A DNA stretch of 33,101 nucleotides, from the NCBI GenBank assembly GCA_017650375.1, contig JAGCFA010000064.1, forward strand, positions 1 through 33,101. The letters are read 5' to 3'. Shown piece after piece: positions 25,691-33,101 of this stretch. Source of the stretch: Alphaproteobacteria bacterium. Lineage in GTDB: Bacteria; Pseudomonadota; Alphaproteobacteria; CAAHEQ01; UBA3637. The first letter of the stretch is position 1. Each line of letters begins with the position of its first letter. Both the position numbers and the translations under genes were made by a program. The notes below the pieces were generated by a model that saw only the letters and a program-made list of their open reading frames with translations, was not told the DNA's origin and made no database searches.

Positions 25691-26170
25691 ATGTCGGAGG
25701 AAAGGCTGTCGTTGAAGAAAGCAAAACAAACGATTAACTTGGCTGTCAATTCAAAAGGGGATGTAACCAAGTCTACGACTGATTGGATGGATGAAAAGGG
25801 GCAGATTTATCGAAGAGAAGTAATAAAAGAAGACGGGACAAAATTTTCCATCACAGAAAATTCAAGAGGCAATCGTTGGGAAAAATCAACCTATTCCGAT
25901 GGGTCGGAAATGTTGGAACATTTTGATATGAATGGAACTCTTACTTCTCGAGAAACAACCCGACCGGACGGGACAATATTTTCTGAAACATATAGTCCTG
26001 ATGGAAAGCTGATTGAAAAAACAGAACAAAATGGTAAATTATTTAAAGTTTATCAACCGGATAAAGAAGGAAATCTTCAAATATCTTTGGTGCTAGATGG
26101 GGCCATCGATTGTACAATCAGATCAACACGAACGTTAGGCCTTTTTTGCCAGATAATGATAGTGAGATAA
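25691..26170 (+). CDS. Hypothetical small protein built of YD/MORN-like DG-turn beta-hairpin repeats
   Basis: 159 aa. Repeats ...TYSDGSEMLEHFDMNGTLTSRETTRPDGTIFSETYSPDGKLIEKTEQNGKLFKVYQPDKEGNL... with a period of about 11/22 aa. No signal peptide and a weak SD. The 3' 36 nt overlap the convergent lon-like gene. Confidence 0.45.
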   Translation: MSEERLSLKKAKQTINLAVNSKGDVTKSTTDWMDEKGQIYRREVIKEDGTKFSITENSRGNRWEKSTYSDGSEMLEHFDMNGTLTSRETTRPDGTIFSETYSPDGKLIEKTEQNGKLFKVYQPDKEGNLQISLVLDGAIDCTIRSTRTLGLFCQIMIVR

Positions 26171-28420
26171 AGCTTCTTTAATCTTTTTGTCGGCAGCAGC
26201 AGGGGTTAGACCCGTCAAAAAGGCAAAACCTTCTTCAATTGTTTGAACAGTCCAGATATGGAACTTTTTGTTTCGCACAGCTTCGCGCACACGATCAGAG
26301 AGCATCAGATTTTTTACAGAAACTTCTGGAATTAATACTCCTTGTTTTCCTGTCAACCCTAAAGCACAACAGGTATCAAAGAATCCTTCAATTTTGTCAT
26401 TGACAGCCCCAACTGCTTGAATTTCCCCCATCTGATTGACAGATCCAGTCACAGCGATTGATTGGTTTAAAGGAATATCTCCGATGGCTGATAGCAAAGC
26501 ATAAAGTTCTGCTGAACTAGCTGAATCGCCATCTAATTCACTGTAGGATTGTTCCCATACTAAACTGGCGTCCATGGCAAGAGAGTATTCCTGGGCATAT
26601 TTTGCTGAAAGATAAGCCCCCAAAATCAACACACCTTTGCTGTGTAAAGTACCACCTAAAGACACTTCACGTTCAATATCTGCGACATTCCCAGAACCCA
26701 ATCGGACGCGGCATGTAACGCGTGACGGACGACCGAATTGAAATGCTCCTAATTCATGGACAACCAAAGCGTTAATTTGACCGGTAGCAAAGCCGGACAG
26801 GTTTAATTTTAAAAGGCCGCGTTTAACGTTTTCCAACCATTCTTCACGGGCATATGATAAGCGATTTTCGCGCTGATGAAGGGCGATATCTATTTCTTGG
26901 AAAGAGACTTTTTTACAACCTTTCTTTTGAGCAATAAAATTGGCTTCATGCATTAGATCGTGAAGCTTTGTCAGCCGCAGAGAAAGTCCCTGTTGATCTT
27001 GTGCTAATCGAGCCCCGAATTCTGTCAATCGGTTATAAGCGCTCACATCAAATGGCAACAAGTGATGATGTGTCATGAAATCCGCCAAGACATTTACATA
27101 TTCTTTTTCGGATATCGATGTGCGGAGCATTTTTTCATTAAAACGTGCTTGCAATTTAAAAAGTTCCTCAAAATCCTCTTCTTTTGTGGCTAAGGTATAG
27201 TACAAATTTGGTTCGCCAACTAAGATCACTTTTACATCAAGGGGGATGGCTTTCGGAACCAAAGTACGGACAGCAAAAATGCCTTCATCAATAGGGGATT
27301 CTATTTGAATTTTATGTGTATAAAGGGCATTTTTAAGAGCTTGCCAAACCAGTGGCATATTCAATAAGTCTTTGCCTTCAATAACCAAAAATCCACCGTT
27401 AGCTTGGTGTAAGGCGCCAGCTTGGATCAAAGTATGATCGCTAATCAAAGAGCCGTTTTGTTGAACGCGCTCGATTTTCCCCAAAAGAGCCGCCAACGTC
27501 AATCGACCCATAGCCACTACTGGAGCGCCTTTTTGAGGATCGTTATTGATAAAAGGGTTAACAGCTAAAAGGCGCCACGTGTTTTCCTCATGAGCTGTGA
27601 AAGCGGTTAAATTTTCCAAAATGTATTTTTCTGCTTCTTCCAAGAAATTTTTTATTTCAGGTAAATAATCATAATTTTTGTGCAAAACAGCCCATCTTTT
27701 TATAATTCTTTTTTGGGCAATTCGACTTTGCAAAGCAAGGATTTCTTCGTTTTCTTCTTCAGCGTCAAATGTCCCGCTTGTTAGGGCTTTTTCCAAACGC
27801 ACCTGAGCTTTTTTCATTTCGGACAGTAAAAATTTACGTTCCTCTAAAGGCAGAGCATTAAAAAGCTCAGGAGCCAAAATCTGCCCATCTTTGACAGGGC
27901 AAACAGCTATGCCATTGCTTGTATGGGATAGGGTGGTATAAGGGCTTTTTACAGCATCTCCCAAACGATTAAAATCTGCCTGTTTTTGAGCTGTATATTT
28001 TTGTTTAATATGGGCCAATTGAATCTGATAAGATTCATCGGAAAAACTTGTTTTTAGATCCTCTTTTAAAGCATCAACTTGATGAGCCATTTTTTGGGCA
28101 AAGAGAAGCCCTTGTCCAGCTGGGAGAGCAATCGCTTTTGGATGGAGCAGTTCTTTAAAATGAGCAACATAAACCCAATCTTGAGGAGCGGTTTTATTTT
28201 CGGCAAACTGATGCAGAATATCTAAAGTTAAACTGGTGCGTCCGACGCCTTTAGGACCCAGACAAACCAGATGAGTGTTGGGGGTTGACAAATTGACAGC
28301 AAAATTTAAAGCTTCTAAAGCTTGTTTTTGCCCAATAATTTGCCGTGACGGAACAGGCTTAAAATTTTGTTTCAGTGAGCCTTTCTGATAAAGCTCTTTT
28401 TCCCTTAATTCTTGAACCAT
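26135..28420 (-). CDS. Lon-like (LonC/AAA_32-type) protease with an S16 peptidase domain
   Basis: 761 aa. IIGQKQALEALNFAV...CLGPKGVGRTSL (Walker-A-like, with Arg in place of Lys), a long helical insertion, and a C-terminal Lon proteolytic domain (GGTLHSKG...DGDSASSAELYALLSAIGDIPLNQSIAVTGSVNQMGEIQAVGAVNDKIEGFFDTC). Confidence 0.8.
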   Translation of the reverse strand: MVQELREKELYQKGSLKQNFKPVPSRQIIGQKQALEALNFAVNLSTPNTHLVCLGPKGVGRTSLTLDILHQFAENKTAPQDWVYVAHFKELLHPKAIALPAGQGLLFAQKMAHQVDALKEDLKTSFSDESYQIQLAHIKQKYTAQKQADFNRLGDAVKSPYTTLSHTSNGIAVCPVKDGQILAPELFNALPLEERKFLLSEMKKAQVRLEKALTSGTFDAEEENEEILALQSRIAQKRIIKRWAVLHKNYDYLPEIKNFLEEAEKYILENLTAFTAHEENTWRLLAVNPFINNDPQKGAPVVAMGRLTLAALLGKIERVQQNGSLISDHTLIQAGALHQANGGFLVIEGKDLLNMPLVWQALKNALYTHKIQIESPIDEGIFAVRTLVPKAIPLDVKVILVGEPNLYYTLATKEEDFEELFKLQARFNEKMLRTSISEKEYVNVLADFMTHHHLLPFDVSAYNRLTEFGARLAQDQQGLSLRLTKLHDLMHEANFIAQKKGCKKVSFQEIDIALHQRENRLSYAREEWLENVKRGLLKLNLSGFATGQINALVVHELGAFQFGRPSRVTCRVRLGSGNVADIEREVSLGGTLHSKGVLILGAYLSAKYAQEYSLAMDASLVWEQSYSELDGDSASSAELYALLSAIGDIPLNQSIAVTGSVNQMGEIQAVGAVNDKIEGFFDTCCALGLTGKQGVLIPEVSVKNLMLSDRVREAVRNKKFHIWTVQTIEEGFAFLTGLTPAAADKKIKEALSHYHYLAKKA

Positions 28421-28576
28421 TTTCTCCCCTTTATGAAAATTTTATAGCACCTTTTTTGATAAAAATCCACCCCTTTTCAAAAAAAAGTATTTATATGCAT
28501 TTTTTTGTGGCTTTTTTGGGTAAAATTTGCTAGGGTTAAATTATCAAAAAATAACCTATTGAAAAGGAGAAAAAAG

Positions 28577-29683
28577 ATGCTTAAAATTACGATTGATCAA
28601 ACCCTACTTTTAAAAGCTTTGGCCCATACCCAAAGCATTGTGGAACGCCGTCAAACAATCCCCGTTTTATCTAACGTGTTGATTGAAACAAATTCCAAAG
28701 GCATTTCGTTGAAAGCAACCGATAACGAAATTGAAATTGCAGAAATCGTGCCGGCTGAAGTGGAAGAAGAAGGTGCGATCACCGTACCCGCACATAAGTT
28801 GTATGATATCGTGCGCCGTTTGCCAGATGGATCTCAGCTCTCACTTAGTGCCTCTGATACCACAGGACAAGTTACTTTGGCGTGTGGCCGTTCGCGTTTT
28901 GCATTAGCATCTTTGCCAGCGGATGGTTTTCCAACTATGGCAAAAGAAGAGGCGCCCTTTACATTCCAATTGAGTTCTGCTGATTTGGCGGATATGATTG
29001 GTAAGACAGGCTTTGCTGTGTCTGTAGAAGAAACACGTTATAACTTAAACGGTATTTATTTGCATCAGAAAGAAAACAATCTGGTAGCTGTTGCTACGGA
29101 TGGTCATCGTTTAGCTTTTACAAAACGGGCTTTGCCAGAAGGGGCAAATGAAATGCCGGGGATTATTATTCCGCGTAAAACGATTGGAGAAATTACAAAA
29201 TTGTTAGCAGAAAATGCCGAGAATGTAGAAATTTCTTTGTCTGCGAATCAGATTCGTTTTAAATTAGGGAAGGTGGAACTTTCTTCACGCTTGATTGATG
29301 GGACTTATCCGGAATATGAAAAAGTGATTCCAGCTCATAACGATAAAAAAATGATCGCAGATACCAAGGCATTTTCTCAAGTGGTGGAACGTGTTTCTGT
29401 GGTTTCAGAAAAATCACGAGGCATTAAGCTGAGTATTCAACCTAATTTGTTGCAGGTGAGTGCTGCGGCGATGGATGAAGGTTCGGCGCAAGATGAACTG
29501 GATATTGCTTATGATGGAACGGCATCGGACATTGGTTTTAATTTTCGCTACTTGTTAGACATTTTGGCACAAATTAAAGGGGCTCAGACACAAATGCTTT
29601 TTGAAGATAGCGTTTCCCCTGTTATTTTGCAAGATACAAATGATGCCAATACCTTGTATGTATTGATGCCTATGCGCGTGTAA
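28577..29683 (+). CDS. dnaN: DNA polymerase III beta sliding clamp
   Basis: ATG at 28577 follows AAAGGAGAAAAAAG and gives MLKITIDQTLLLKALAHTQSIVERRQTIPVLSNVLIE. 368 aa, the typical clamp length. The track TTG start at 28505 is rejected. Confidence 0.93.
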   Translation: MLKITIDQTLLLKALAHTQSIVERRQTIPVLSNVLIETNSKGISLKATDNEIEIAEIVPAEVEEEGAITVPAHKLYDIVRRLPDGSQLSLSASDTTGQVTLACGRSRFALASLPADGFPTMAKEEAPFTFQLSSADLADMIGKTGFAVSVEETRYNLNGIYLHQKENNLVAVATDGHRLAFTKRALPEGANEMPGIIIPRKTIGEITKLLAENAENVEISLSANQIRFKLGKVELSSRLIDGTYPEYEKVIPAHNDKKMIADTKAFSQVVERVSVVSEKSRGIKLSIQPNLLQVSAAAMDEGSAQDELDIAYDGTASDIGFNFRYLLDILAQIKGAQTQMLFEDSVSPVILQDTNDANTLYVLMPMRV

Positions 29684-29689
29684 GGCGGA

Positions 29690-30823
29690 ATGAAAACAGG
29701 AATCAGCCGATTACGCTTGAATAACTTCCGTTCCTATGAGTCGTTGGATATGACGTTGGGAGTGGTGGGAGATCCTGTGGCTTTAGTGGGGCATAATGGG
29801 GCCGGTAAAACAAATATATTAGAAGCCATTTCTTACCTGACACCGGGGCGTGGTCTTCGCAGCGCTAGGCTCTCGGATGTTGCCCGCCACATGGGGGAAG
29901 ATGTGTATCCCCTGTGGAGTGTGGTGGCCGATACGTATTCGCCCTTTGGGGATAACAAAATCGGAACGGGCATGGTGGAAGGAGCTGAACGCCGTCAAAC
30001 CCGTATCAATGGCAAATCTACTACCCGTCAATCGGATTTGGCGGAAGTTTTTCGTTGTCTTTGGTTGACACCAGCGCAGGATAGATTGTTTTGTGGGGAT
30101 CCCAACGCACGCCGGCGCTTTTTGGATAGGATTGTGCAGGCCTTTGACCCCAATCATGCTAATCGTTTGGCGGATTATAGTGCAGCCTTGAAACAATGGC
30201 TCTGTTTATTGCGCGAAGGAAGAACGGATTCCCTCTGGCTGGAAAGTTTGGAACAACAGTTGGTGGAAAATGGGATAGCGATTTCGGCATCGCGTTTAGA
30301 TATTGTCGGGCGTTTAAGTTCTTATTTGGATGTATCACCTGATCCTAATTTCCCATCGGCTGAAATTCATTTAACGGGATTGTTGGAAGAAGCCCTAGAA
30401 AGCCAAGGCGCTGTGTTGGTGGAGGATATGTTTGCAGGACGCCTTAAAAATGCACGGAAAATCTGTGCTGAAGGCGGAAATTTAACGGGTCCCCACACGG
30501 CAGATTTTACGGTTTTACATAAACAACAAAACAGGTCGGCAGATTTGTGTTCCACGGGGGAACAAAAGGCCCTGCTTATTTCCATTATTTTGGCGGAAAT
30601 GCGTGCCCAAATGGCAGAACAGGATAGGTGTCCTTTGCTATTGTTGGATGAAGTCGGAGCGCATTTGGATGCTAATCGTCGCCACAGTTTATTTGAAATT
30701 TTATTGGCCCTTCCGACACAAGTTTGGATGACCACCACAGAAAGTCAAATTTTTGCAGATTTTACTGGACAAATCATGCAATTTGATGTACAAGAAAATA
30801 AGGAATTAAAACAGGTTGCCTGA
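29690..30823 (+). CDS. recF: DNA replication and repair protein RecF
   Basis: 377 aa. RLRLNNFRSY, Walker A GHNGAGKTNILEAISYL, signature STGEQKALLISIILA, Walker B LLLLDEVGAHLD. Sits in the dnaN-recF order. Confidence 0.93.
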   Translation: MKTGISRLRLNNFRSYESLDMTLGVVGDPVALVGHNGAGKTNILEAISYLTPGRGLRSARLSDVARHMGEDVYPLWSVVADTYSPFGDNKIGTGMVEGAERRQTRINGKSTTRQSDLAEVFRCLWLTPAQDRLFCGDPNARRRFLDRIVQAFDPNHANRLADYSAALKQWLCLLREGRTDSLWLESLEQQLVENGIAISASRLDIVGRLSSYLDVSPDPNFPSAEIHLTGLLEEALESQGAVLVEDMFAGRLKNARKICAEGGNLTGPHTADFTVLHKQQNRSADLCSTGEQKALLISIILAEMRAQMAEQDRCPLLLLDEVGAHLDANRRHSLFEILLALPTQVWMTTTESQIFADFTGQIMQFDVQENKELKQVA

Positions 30824-30845
30824 AAGCAAATTGAAGGAGCATAAA

Positions 30846-32639
30846 ATGGCAGAATTAACAAAAGCCCAAGAAGCCGCAAAAGAATTAAGATATATGGTTG
30901 CTTCCTATTATAATGATGATGTGCGGTATTATGGTTATCCAAAGTCAAAAGAAAATGAATATAAAAAACTGTTGGAGGAGGCTGACTTAAGCTATGGCCC
31001 CTATGATGGGCCAACACCGATAATGGTGGCATCTTTATCTTCTCCACGCGTTTTTCAAGACGTTTTATCCCATGCAAAATTAAAGGATTTATTGGTACAA
31101 GGGCTTGAGGATCACAGAAAATATGCCTCTGTAATGGACTACATAATACGTTGGCCATATGACCATAAAGATTCTTCTGAACGTCAGGCAGAAAGATTTA
31201 AAGTCCTGGTTGATTCTAAGGTTTTTCAAGAAAACCAAGAAAAACTTTTAACACCTGAAATATGGGAAATGATAAGGGGATTTGATCCAGAACTTTGTTC
31301 TGTTTTTAAAGGATGTACTGGTTGGAAAGATGAATATTTAATTTATTCCCACTTACGGCGTCTTTCATTTAATGCTGATATTCCTGAACTTAGAAAAGCA
31401 GAAGATTTTATGCTTCATTCACCTTTAACGCAAGATGAAAAGATGCGTCAACTGGCTGAAGAGATTATTGCTTCTGTTGAAATGTTGGATTTAGGTCGTG
31501 GTTGTTTAAAATCGTATGTTGATTTACATGGTGGGGAAAGTTTAGATATCAATTCCAAAGATATGGAATATTTGGCAACCAAGTTGTGTCCCAATGTTGA
31601 AACACTACAATTGCCTTTTTATGCCCCAAGAATAAATGTGAGTAATAATGTTTCAGATGAATTAATGGAAGCTGTTTCTCATTTTAAGAAATTAAAATGC
31701 TTAAGAATGCAATGTGGGCCAGGCATTACACAAAAAAATTTTGATATTTTGGGGAAAATGGACAGTTTGGAAGAATTACATTTTGATAAAATGTCTTTAA
31801 CATTAGATAATATTAAGGCATTAGCCAAGCTTCCTCATCTAAAAGAAATTTATGCCGAAAAATGGCCTGATCGAGAAAAGGTGGAAGGCGTTTTTTCATA
31901 TCTTATTCCGTATGGTGATATGACATGGATTGGTCCCAAACATAAAGATTATAAAAGACAAAAGGCAATCTTTGATGAAAAAAGACAACGCGTTCAGCAA
32001 TTAACAGGAACTAGTTGGAAAGATATATTTCACGAGGCTTTAAAGAAAAATGATAAATGGACAGCTATGGAGATTTTAGAATTAAATGGTTTTTTGAATA
32101 CCTTACGAAAGGAATCAACCACCCAATCCAACTGGGGAACAGAAAAGGATTTTCTTGATCCCAAGATGGGGATAGCCCCGTGGGCAAATTATAAAGCAAA
32201 AGATTCTGTAGCTGGTTTCGACATTTTGGATTTAGGAAATAAGCGTATTGCTTTTGGATACGCTTATGATGATGATTCCTGGAAAAGAAAAACAGGGGAA
32301 CGTGCTTGGGGTGGAGGTATTGCCTATTCCCGCAGTGTGGAGGTGGGAATCATTGATTTGGATAAAGGCTTGATTGCTGAATCTGGACGTTCTGGATCTA
32401 TTGCTTGGCGTGATCGTTATGATAGTTCCCGTGATATTGCCATTACCAATATGGATCATTTTTTGGAAAAAAACGGAAATACTGTTGTGGCACAATTGAA
32501 AAGTTATAACCGACCATTGATCTCTATCAGTGTGGAAATTCCCAAAACAAAAACAACTTTAAAGAAAACACTTACAAAAGGAAAAACAGCTGATGCCGTC
32601 AAGGTAAAAGCTAATCGTGATCAGAAACAAGGAGAATAA
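30846..32639 (+). CDS. Eukaryote-like F-box plus leucine-rich-repeat (FBXL-like) protein with an unassigned C-terminal domain; candidate host-targeting effector
   Basis: ATG at 30846 has AAGGAG 6 nt upstream; 597 aa. F-box-like [31 protein letters not shown] (nt 31245-31370). CC-type LRRs [58 protein letters not shown] (nt about 31476-31865). Lower G+C than its neighbours in spot counts. Confidence 0.6.
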   Translation: MAELTKAQEAAKELRYMVASYYNDDVRYYGYPKSKENEYKKLLEEADLSYGPYDGPTPIMVASLSSPRVFQDVLSHAKLKDLLVQGLEDHRKYASVMDYIIRWPYDHKDSSERQAERFKVLVDSKVFQENQEKLLTPEIWEMIRGFDPELCSVFKGCTGWKDEYLIYSHLRRLSFNADIPELRKAEDFMLHSPLTQDEKMRQLAEEIIASVEMLDLGRGCLKSYVDLHGGESLDINSKDMEYLATKLCPNVETLQLPFYAPRINVSNNVSDELMEAVSHFKKLKCLRMQCGPGITQKNFDILGKMDSLEELHFDKMSLTLDNIKALAKLPHLKEIYAEKWPDREKVEGVFSYLIPYGDMTWIGPKHKDYKRQKAIFDEKRQRVQQLTGTSWKDIFHEALKKNDKWTAMEILELNGFLNTLRKESTTQSNWGTEKDFLDPKMGIAPWANYKAKDSVAGFDILDLGNKRIAFGYAYDDDSWKRKTGERAWGGGIAYSRSVEVGIIDLDKGLIAESGRSGSIAWRDRYDSSRDIAITNMDHFLEKNGNTVVAQLKSYNRPLISISVEIPKTKTTLKKTLTKGKTADAVKVKANRDQKQGE

Positions 32640-32640
32640 A

Positions 32641-33101
32641 ATGACAGAAATTCAAGAAGCAGAAGCAAAATATAATGCCGATTCAATTAAGGTGTTGCAT
32701 GGGCTGGAAGCTGTGCGCAAACGCCCCGGGATGTACATCGGTGATACAGATGATGGCTCAGGCCTGCACCACATGGTGTACGAAGTAGTGGATAATTCCA
32801 TTGACGAAGCACTGGCTGGGTATTGTTCCCGTGTGGATGTTATTTTAAACAGCGATGGGTCCGCCACCGTTATTGACGATGGGCGTGGGATGCCTGTGGA
32901 CATGCACAAAGAAGAAGGCGTGTCTGCCGCTGAAGTCATTATGACCCAACTGCACGCCGGCGGTAAATTTGATAACAATTCCTATAAAGTGTCGGGTGGT
33001 TTACACGGCGTGGGTGTGTCCTGCGTGAACGCTTTGTCCGATTGGTTGGATTTAACAGTGTGGCGTAATGATAAAGAATATTCTGCCCGTTTTGAAGATG
33101 G
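32641..33101 (+). CDS. gyrB: DNA gyrase subunit B, 5' part (runs off the right window edge)
   Basis: Own translation from ATG at 32641: [62 protein letters not shown]...[22 protein letters not shown]. No stop falls in the window, so it is absent from the track. The recF-proximal position favours gyrB over parE. Confidence 0.88.
   Translation, partial: MTEIQEAEAKYNADSIKVLHGLEAVRKRPGMYIGDTDDGSGLHHMVYEVVDNSIDEALAGYCSRVDVILNSDGSATVIDDGRGMPVDMHKEEGVSAAEVIMTQLHAGGKFDNNSYKVSGGLHGVGVSCVNALSDWLDLTVWRNDKEYSARFED

Noticed and set aside
28505-28576. Track start (TTG at 28505) extending dnaN by 24 codons. Similar 5' extensions occur at 19520 (LpoA-like), 30816 (F-box gene), 21863 (hemW) and 17302 (orf151).
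   Set aside because: In each case a downstream ATG has a good SD at proper spacing. It also begins the conserved or signal-peptide sequence: MLKITIDQ, MKRVWILLGLFLSGC, MAELTK, MEKLGLYLHWPYC, MIEKYF. The extensions are Lys/Phe-rich spacer translations.
28421-28576. Possible oriC or DnaA boxes in the AT-rich spacer upstream of dnaN (for example AAATCCACC near 28470)
   Set aside because: There is only one weak 6-of-9 match to TTATCCACA. No box cluster, no AT-rich 13-mer array and no dnaA gene are present. Alphaproteobacterial origins are usually elsewhere.
32652-32978. 108-aa minus-strand ORF at the right edge
   Set aside because: It is antisense to the clearly recognisable gyrB N-terminus, which starts at 32641 and is missing from the track only because it has no stop in the window.
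1-33101. Alternative genetic code (for example UGA as Trp) as an explanation for the fused ORFs
   Set aside because: TGA terminates mutS, the transporter gene, ptsN and recF at positions consistent with normal protein lengths. The fusions involve missing stops, not read-through of TGA.
1-33101. Search for tRNA, rRNA, CRISPR repeats, IS elements or transposases, integrases and prophage or defence gene clusters
   Set aside because: The intergenic spacers are all under 160 bp and show no cloverleaf-like or repeat-spacer structure. The only recombinase is chromosomal xerD, and no terminal inverted repeats or duplicated segments were noticed by eye.

Overview
AT-rich, very tightly packed bacterial chromosome segment. 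Gene content and local synteny (lptF/G-lptD-surA, xerD divergent from aroK, lpoA-like divergent from rsmI-yraN, hpf-ptsN, dnaN-recF-gyrB) look alphaproteobacterial. A eukaryote-like F-box/LRR gene and eroded gene order suggest a host-associated or intracellular organism; this is inference only. I call about 31 protein genes, mostly housekeeping: partial PhoR-like kinase, mutS, FadL-type porin, CDGSH Fe-S protein, DUF378, parC, folD, surA-like, lptF/G::lptD, xerD, aroK, CNNM/TlyC-type transporter, yraN::BON, rsmI, LpoA-like lipoprotein, hemW, hpf, ptsN, rnhA, DsbD/ScsB-like protein, infC, LonC-like protease, dnaN, recF and partial gyrB. I saw no rRNA, tRNA, CRISPR array, transposase or prophage module. 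No clear multi-gene novel system (defence, toxin or similar) is visible. The most unusual items: (1) two independent in-frame fusions bury an intact export signal inside a longer ORF (LptF/G permease fused to LptD; YraN nuclease fused to a BON lipoprotein). (2) An F-box plus LRR (FBXL-like) gene is wedged into the recF-gyrB junction. (3) An AT-rich membrane-protein pair is translationally coupled to mutS. (4) All six convergent gene pairs abut or overlap, by up to 167 nt. (5) There is a Pho-box-like repeat upstream of the porin gene, leaderless-type promoters for aroK and parC, and an AUU-start infC. All homology calls were made by eye from motifs; no searches were run.
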